The notes under the pieces were generated by a model, which searched no databases, was not told where the DNA came from, and was given only the letters and a program-made list of their open reading frames with translations. The position numbers and the translations under genes are program-made. 64,000 bases of DNA from positions 160,424 to 224,423 of the forward strand of contig DATKTA010000006.1 in assembly GCA_035531395.1 (NCBI GenBank). The letters are read 5' to 3'. Positions 60,537-64,000 of this stretch are shown here, piece by piece. The DNA comes from Bacteroidales bacterium (lineage in GTDB: Bacteria > Bacteroidota > Bacteroidia > Bacteroidales > VadinHA17). Position 1 is the first letter of the stretch. Each line of letters begins with the position of its first letter.

Positions 60537-61700
60537 ATGGAGCGGACAGAAAGCTGCCTTGCAAAGCTTGAAAGGATGAACAAGGCATTGAATCATAAGG
60601 AGCCTGACAGGATTCCGATAAGTGACTTTTTCTGGGGAGGCTTTATCAAAAGGTGGCGTGAAGAGCTGAACCTGCCTGAAGATGCCAGTCCTTATGATTA
60701 TTATGATCTCGACTGGATCGTAACAACTCCGAACATGGATCCGTTAATCAAACCATTTAAGACTATCCGGGAAAATAAGGAGGAGGTGGTTATTAAGACC
60801 GGATTTCTGGCAACTATCAGAAAAAAATTTGATTTCCCGATGCCGGAATGGATTTCCTTTGATACAGATACCATTGAAAAACTGGAAGATCTCGTATTTG
60901 ATGACCCTGCTGATCCCAGAAGGTTTTTTGATTCAGGTGACAACCAGATTGCCGGAGTTGGAGACGGCTTCGAAAGGAATTCACCTCCATGGATCGATAC
61001 TGTGAAAAAATTGAGACGCGACTTTCCTGTTTACGGCAGTATAATTGAGTGTTCAGAATGCCTGACAAGGCTTGTAGGCCAGGAGAATTTCCTGTTCTGG
61101 ATCGGTATGTATCCCGACAGGCTTGGGGCGGTGATTAACAGGATAGGAAAGTTTTATCTCGACAGTACCAGGGCCCAGTTGCAAGCAGCTGGAGGCATGC
61201 TCGATGGATTTGTTATCTGGGGAGATGTAGCCTATAAGCAGTCGATGCTGTTTGATCCTGAATATTGGCGCCAGTATTTCAGACCATGGGTAAAGGCCAT
61301 GATCGATGAATGCCATTTTTATAACATCCCGGTAATTTATCATGGCTGCGGAAATGTCAATGCCATTCTGGAAGATTTCTGTGATCTGGGACTTGATGCA
61401 TACAACCCGCTTGAGGTAAAAGCCGAAATGGATGCCATCAAACTTAAGAGATTATACAGGAACAGGATCGGTTATTGCGGTAACAATGACATTCTGATCT
61501 GGGAGACTAATGATCTGGAACTTATTAAAAGAGAAACACTTAAAAAGCTGAATGCAGGAAAGGGGGGAGGATTTATCTTTCAGTCTGACCATTCAGTGTC
61601 AAGTGCAGTGTCGGGAAAGACTTATGATTATATAGTGAAGCTGGTGAGGGAATACGGAACCTATCCGCTGAAGCTGGGAGAGTATGATATAGATGTGTAA
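60537..61700 (+). CDS. uroporphyrinogen-decarboxylase-fold (URO-D / MT2-like) protein, putative methyltransferase
   Basis: 387 aa. LNHKEPDRIPISDF, YHGCGNV (HxCG), AYNPLE, FIFQSDHSV. The start codon lies 1 nt after the GH95-like stop. Confidence 0.65.
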   Translation: MERTESCLAKLERMNKALNHKEPDRIPISDFFWGGFIKRWREELNLPEDASPYDYYDLDWIVTTPNMDPLIKPFKTIRENKEEVVIKTGFLATIRKKFDFPMPEWISFDTDTIEKLEDLVFDDPADPRRFFDSGDNQIAGVGDGFERNSPPWIDTVKKLRRDFPVYGSIIECSECLTRLVGQENFLFWIGMYPDRLGAVINRIGKFYLDSTRAQLQAAGGMLDGFVIWGDVAYKQSMLFDPEYWRQYFRPWVKAMIDECHFYNIPVIYHGCGNVNAILEDFCDLGLDAYNPLEVKAEMDAIKLKRLYRNRIGYCGNNDILIWETNDLELIKRETLKKLNAGKGGGFIFQSDHSVSSAVSGKTYDYIVKLVREYGTYPLKLGEYDIDV

Positions 61701-61740
61701 TGGCACAATGGCGCAGTGGCGCAACGGCGCAATGGTGTAA
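61701..61740. repeat. 5 x 8-nt word array starting at the first base after the TAA stop
   Basis: tggcacaa tggcgcag tggcgcaa cggcgcaa tggtgtaa. Confidence 0.8.
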
Positions 61741-61791
61741 AGATTGGTGTTGCAGCCCTGGAGCCATGGAGTTCTAAGTGATGATTGTTTA

Positions 61792-63069
61792 TTATTTTTT
61801 GATCAATTCGTTTCTCCAGTAATCCAGATGATAAACAGGTCCATCAGCATTCCATATTTTTGAAACAATATCTATATCGCCGTCTTTATCAACATCGATC
61901 ATTTGGGCATCATGCCATCCGGGATTATCAATATGAATTACAGAGATAGAGAATTCCGGTTCTTTTTTCCCGTTATTATAGTAAATAACTCCCCTTTCTT
62001 TCAAGCCCCTGGGTTTCATTGCTATTTTTCCTTCATCTTCCATATAGGTGTCTGGGTCTTCCTGTTCACCGGCAAATATATCGGGATTTCCATCGTTATT
62101 AAAGTCGGCAACGCCTAAAGAATGAAATGATCCTGTTCCTGGAACATCACCTTTTTTTGTCGGAGGATCTTCAAGTTTGTGAACGATCCAGGTAGTACCA
62201 TCTCCATTTCTATTCTCCAGCCAGTAAACATGGCCACCACCGGTGTCACAATCGCTGTATATGATATCATTATTTCCATCTTTGTTAATATCAGCAATCC
62301 ATGCTTTGATACTTCTCCCATAAGACGCATTTGGTACCATTGAGTAAGGCCATTTATGCTGAATCCAGTTGCCGGTACCCTTTCCCGGATTTTCAAACCA
62401 GTATTCAGGTATTACAACATCGAGGTCATTGTCACCATCAAGATCGCCAAAACCATGAGGGGCAATTCCTCCATGATCATTGTTACCTGAGTTAATGACA
62501 GTTTCTCTCAAGGAATTAGAAGTATTATACCATGCAATCTTATTGCCATCATATACCACAATGTCTTCAACTCCATTGTTATCCAGATCAGCTGAAACAA
62601 TATCATGCCCTCCTGCTTTTATATTAAAAGGGGTCCAGGGTGCATCAGGATATTTATCGAGGACACCGGGATTGCGGAACCATACTCCATTGCTTAAAGC
62701 ATCTGTCCATCCATCGTGATCAATATCAATAGCAATTGATCCAAGCGATACCACCAGATTGTCTGATTGTGCAATTATGTGAGGGATCCACAATGAATCA
62801 TTCCTTCTTTCATACCAGTAGGCTTCTCTTGGATCTCTCCTCGAAATTGCAACATCAGGATCTCCATCATGATCAAAATCACTTAATACAGCACCACCGG
62901 TTCCCCATCCCGATCCCGGAAGAACAGGATCAATACTGAAATGAGTCCAGGATGGAAAAGTTTTAGTCTGGGAAAAACTATTATTATAAAACCAGGGGCT
63001 GACACTGAAAATAGCCATAAGAAATACTAACCTTGATAATCTCGTTATCTTATATAATTTGAATTTCAT
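61792..63069 (-). CDS. secreted FG-GAP/VCBS-repeat seven-bladed propeller protein
   Basis: Seven Ca-binding-like DxDxDG-type motifs (DFDHDGDPD, DIDHDGWTD, DLDNNGVED, DLDGDNDLD, DINKDGNND, DFNNDGNPD, DVDKDGDID). Confidence 0.75.
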   Translation of the reverse strand: MKFKLYKITRLSRLVFLMAIFSVSPWFYNNSFSQTKTFPSWTHFSIDPVLPGSGWGTGGAVLSDFDHDGDPDVAISRRDPREAYWYERRNDSLWIPHIIAQSDNLVVSLGSIAIDIDHDGWTDALSNGVWFRNPGVLDKYPDAPWTPFNIKAGGHDIVSADLDNNGVEDIVVYDGNKIAWYNTSNSLRETVINSGNNDHGGIAPHGFGDLDGDNDLDVVIPEYWFENPGKGTGNWIQHKWPYSMVPNASYGRSIKAWIADINKDGNNDIIYSDCDTGGGHVYWLENRNGDGTTWIVHKLEDPPTKKGDVPGTGSFHSLGVADFNNDGNPDIFAGEQEDPDTYMEDEGKIAMKPRGLKERGVIYYNNGKKEPEFSISVIHIDNPGWHDAQMIDVDKDGDIDIVSKIWNADGPVYHLDYWRNELIKK

Positions 63070-63237
63070 GCCAATGGATTTGTAAATGAAGATATAACCT
63101 GTTTGCTTTTTAGTTGGAACTTATTTTATTCACCAGAATTTAATTATTTATATTTGAAGTGAATGCGATAATGCTCAGTTGTACAATTATAGTGAAAAAT
63201 GATGAGTATTTAAGATCATGTTTTGACATTTTCTGAA

Positions 63238-63313
63238 AGAAGACGGAAGTCGGAAGAACGAAGATAAATGAAGGATTTGAAGCTCCCCTCCTGGGAGGGG
63301 TTGGGGTGGGTTA
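63238..63313. repeat. composite intergenic element: CGGAAG word array plus a C-run/TG/G-run hairpin
   Basis: gaagacggaagtcggaagaacgaag, then cccctcc-tg-ggagggg (63285-63300), then ttggggtggg. Confidence 0.65.
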
Positions 63314-63433
63314 GATTGGAAAGAGACAAGAGATATAATCAAAGACCGAAATTAAAAATTAGTCTAGCTTCCTTTAGGCTTCGGTGGATAAAGAAAGTTA
63401 CAGGATATAATATGAAAGTTCATAGTTAATATC

Positions 63434-64000
63434 ATGAAAAGAAGAGATTTTATCAGGACCTCCGCAGCTGCCGGGGTTCTTGCATTAATAAACGGAAACT
63501 GTGGAGCCGGAGAAAGCACTTTTAGTTAGAAAGATATTACATATAATACCCTTCCGTTATGGAAAGGTTTCAATCTGCAGGAAAAATTCACCCATAAGCC
63601 GGATGAATGGTTCGATATTGCTCCTGAATGGGGCTTTAACAATGAGCCGTTCAGGGAATCTGATTTTGAAGCAATCAGAGAACTGGGTTTCAATTTTGTG
63701 AGATTGCCTATGTCGTACAGATGCTGGTGCGATGAAAACAACTGGTATATGCTGAAAGAAAAACATCTTAAAGAGATTGATCAGGCTGTTGAATGGGGAA
63801 AGCAGTATGGACTTCATGTCTGCATAAATTTCCACCGTTCTCCGGGTTATACAATAAATGATGTGGTATTCAACCCAGAGTACAGGGAGAAAACAAGTAT
63901 CTGGGATGATGAAGAAACACTGAATGCTTGTTCTTTCCACTGGAAACATTTTGCAGAACGTTATAAAGGTATTCCTAACAGCCGGGTAAGCTTTAATCTG
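63434..64000 (+). pseudogene. Tat-signal GH5 glycoside hydrolase interrupted by one in-frame TAG (runs off the right edge)
   Basis: MKRRDFIRTSAAAGVLALINGNCGAGESTFS, then TAG (63527-63529), then the same frame continues KDITYNTLPLWKGFNLQEKF...FNFVRLPMSY...VCINFHRSPGY...SRVSFNL (GH5-like). Confidence 0.6.

Noticed and set aside
63527-63529. In-frame TAG as evidence for a reassigned stop codon or pyrrolysine, given the MT2-like genes nearby
   Set aside because: TAG clearly terminates many intact genes in this window (lpxD 1287-1289, lpxA 3584-3586, sufB 9746-9748, the T9SS gene 24826-24828, fabF 37702-37704). No pyl genes are present. A genome-wide recoding is therefore not supported.
63501-63949. 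ORFs 63501-63701 (+) and 63557-63949 (-)
   Set aside because: Both overlap the much better supported GH5 reading frame and carry no recognisable motifs.

Overview
This looks like a chromosomal segment of an AT-rich Bacteroidota genome. The taxon call rests on the LpxC-FabZ fusion, a T9SS C-terminal sorting domain, a GSCFA protein, a carboxypeptidase-regulatory-domain TonB receptor, and a TTTG/TAnnTTTG promoter in front of a tRNA.

Positions 1-44,000 are almost entirely housekeeping:
- lipid A genes lpxD, lpxC-fabZ and lpxA, then thiL
- a complete SUF operon (sufB, sufC, sufD, sufS, sufE, DUF59), then queG
- two ECF-type sigma factors
- a TonB-dependent receptor with a DUF2271 lipoprotein
- kdsB, a sigma-54 activator, lptE and secG
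- groES, groEL and lepA
- a two-component system
- rnc, fabF, acpP, purN and leuS

After tRNA-Arg(CCG) at 44.1 kb the content becomes accessory. First come three poorly characterised envelope genes. From 48.7 to 64 kb there is a glycan-degradation locus with no SusC/SusD pair. It holds a Ser-type sulfatase, GH2-like, GH95-like and GH5 enzymes, a Tat-exported aldo-keto reductase, two beta-propeller proteins, and two URO-D/MT2-like putative methyltransferases.

I found no CRISPR array, transposase, integrase, toxin-antitoxin pair or recognisable defence system.

The observations most worth a second look:
1. The two zinc-motif (HxCG) URO-D/MT2-like genes embedded in the sulfatase/GH locus, possibly anaerobic sugar O-demethylation.
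2. A DUF2271 lipoprotein carrying an ApbE-type flavinylation motif, immediately downstream of a TonB-dependent receptor and probably co-transcribed with it.
3. A Tat-signal GH5 gene interrupted by one in-frame TAG.
4. A duplicated tRNA-Arg 3' end bracketing a 150-bp insert.
5. A T9SS sorting-domain protein with almost no cargo.
6. A CarH-like MerR regulator that lacks both cobalamin-contacting histidines.
7. A family of intergenic elements built from 7-8-nt word arrays and C-run/TG/G-run hairpins.

All family assignments were made by eye from motifs. None has been confirmed by a database search.
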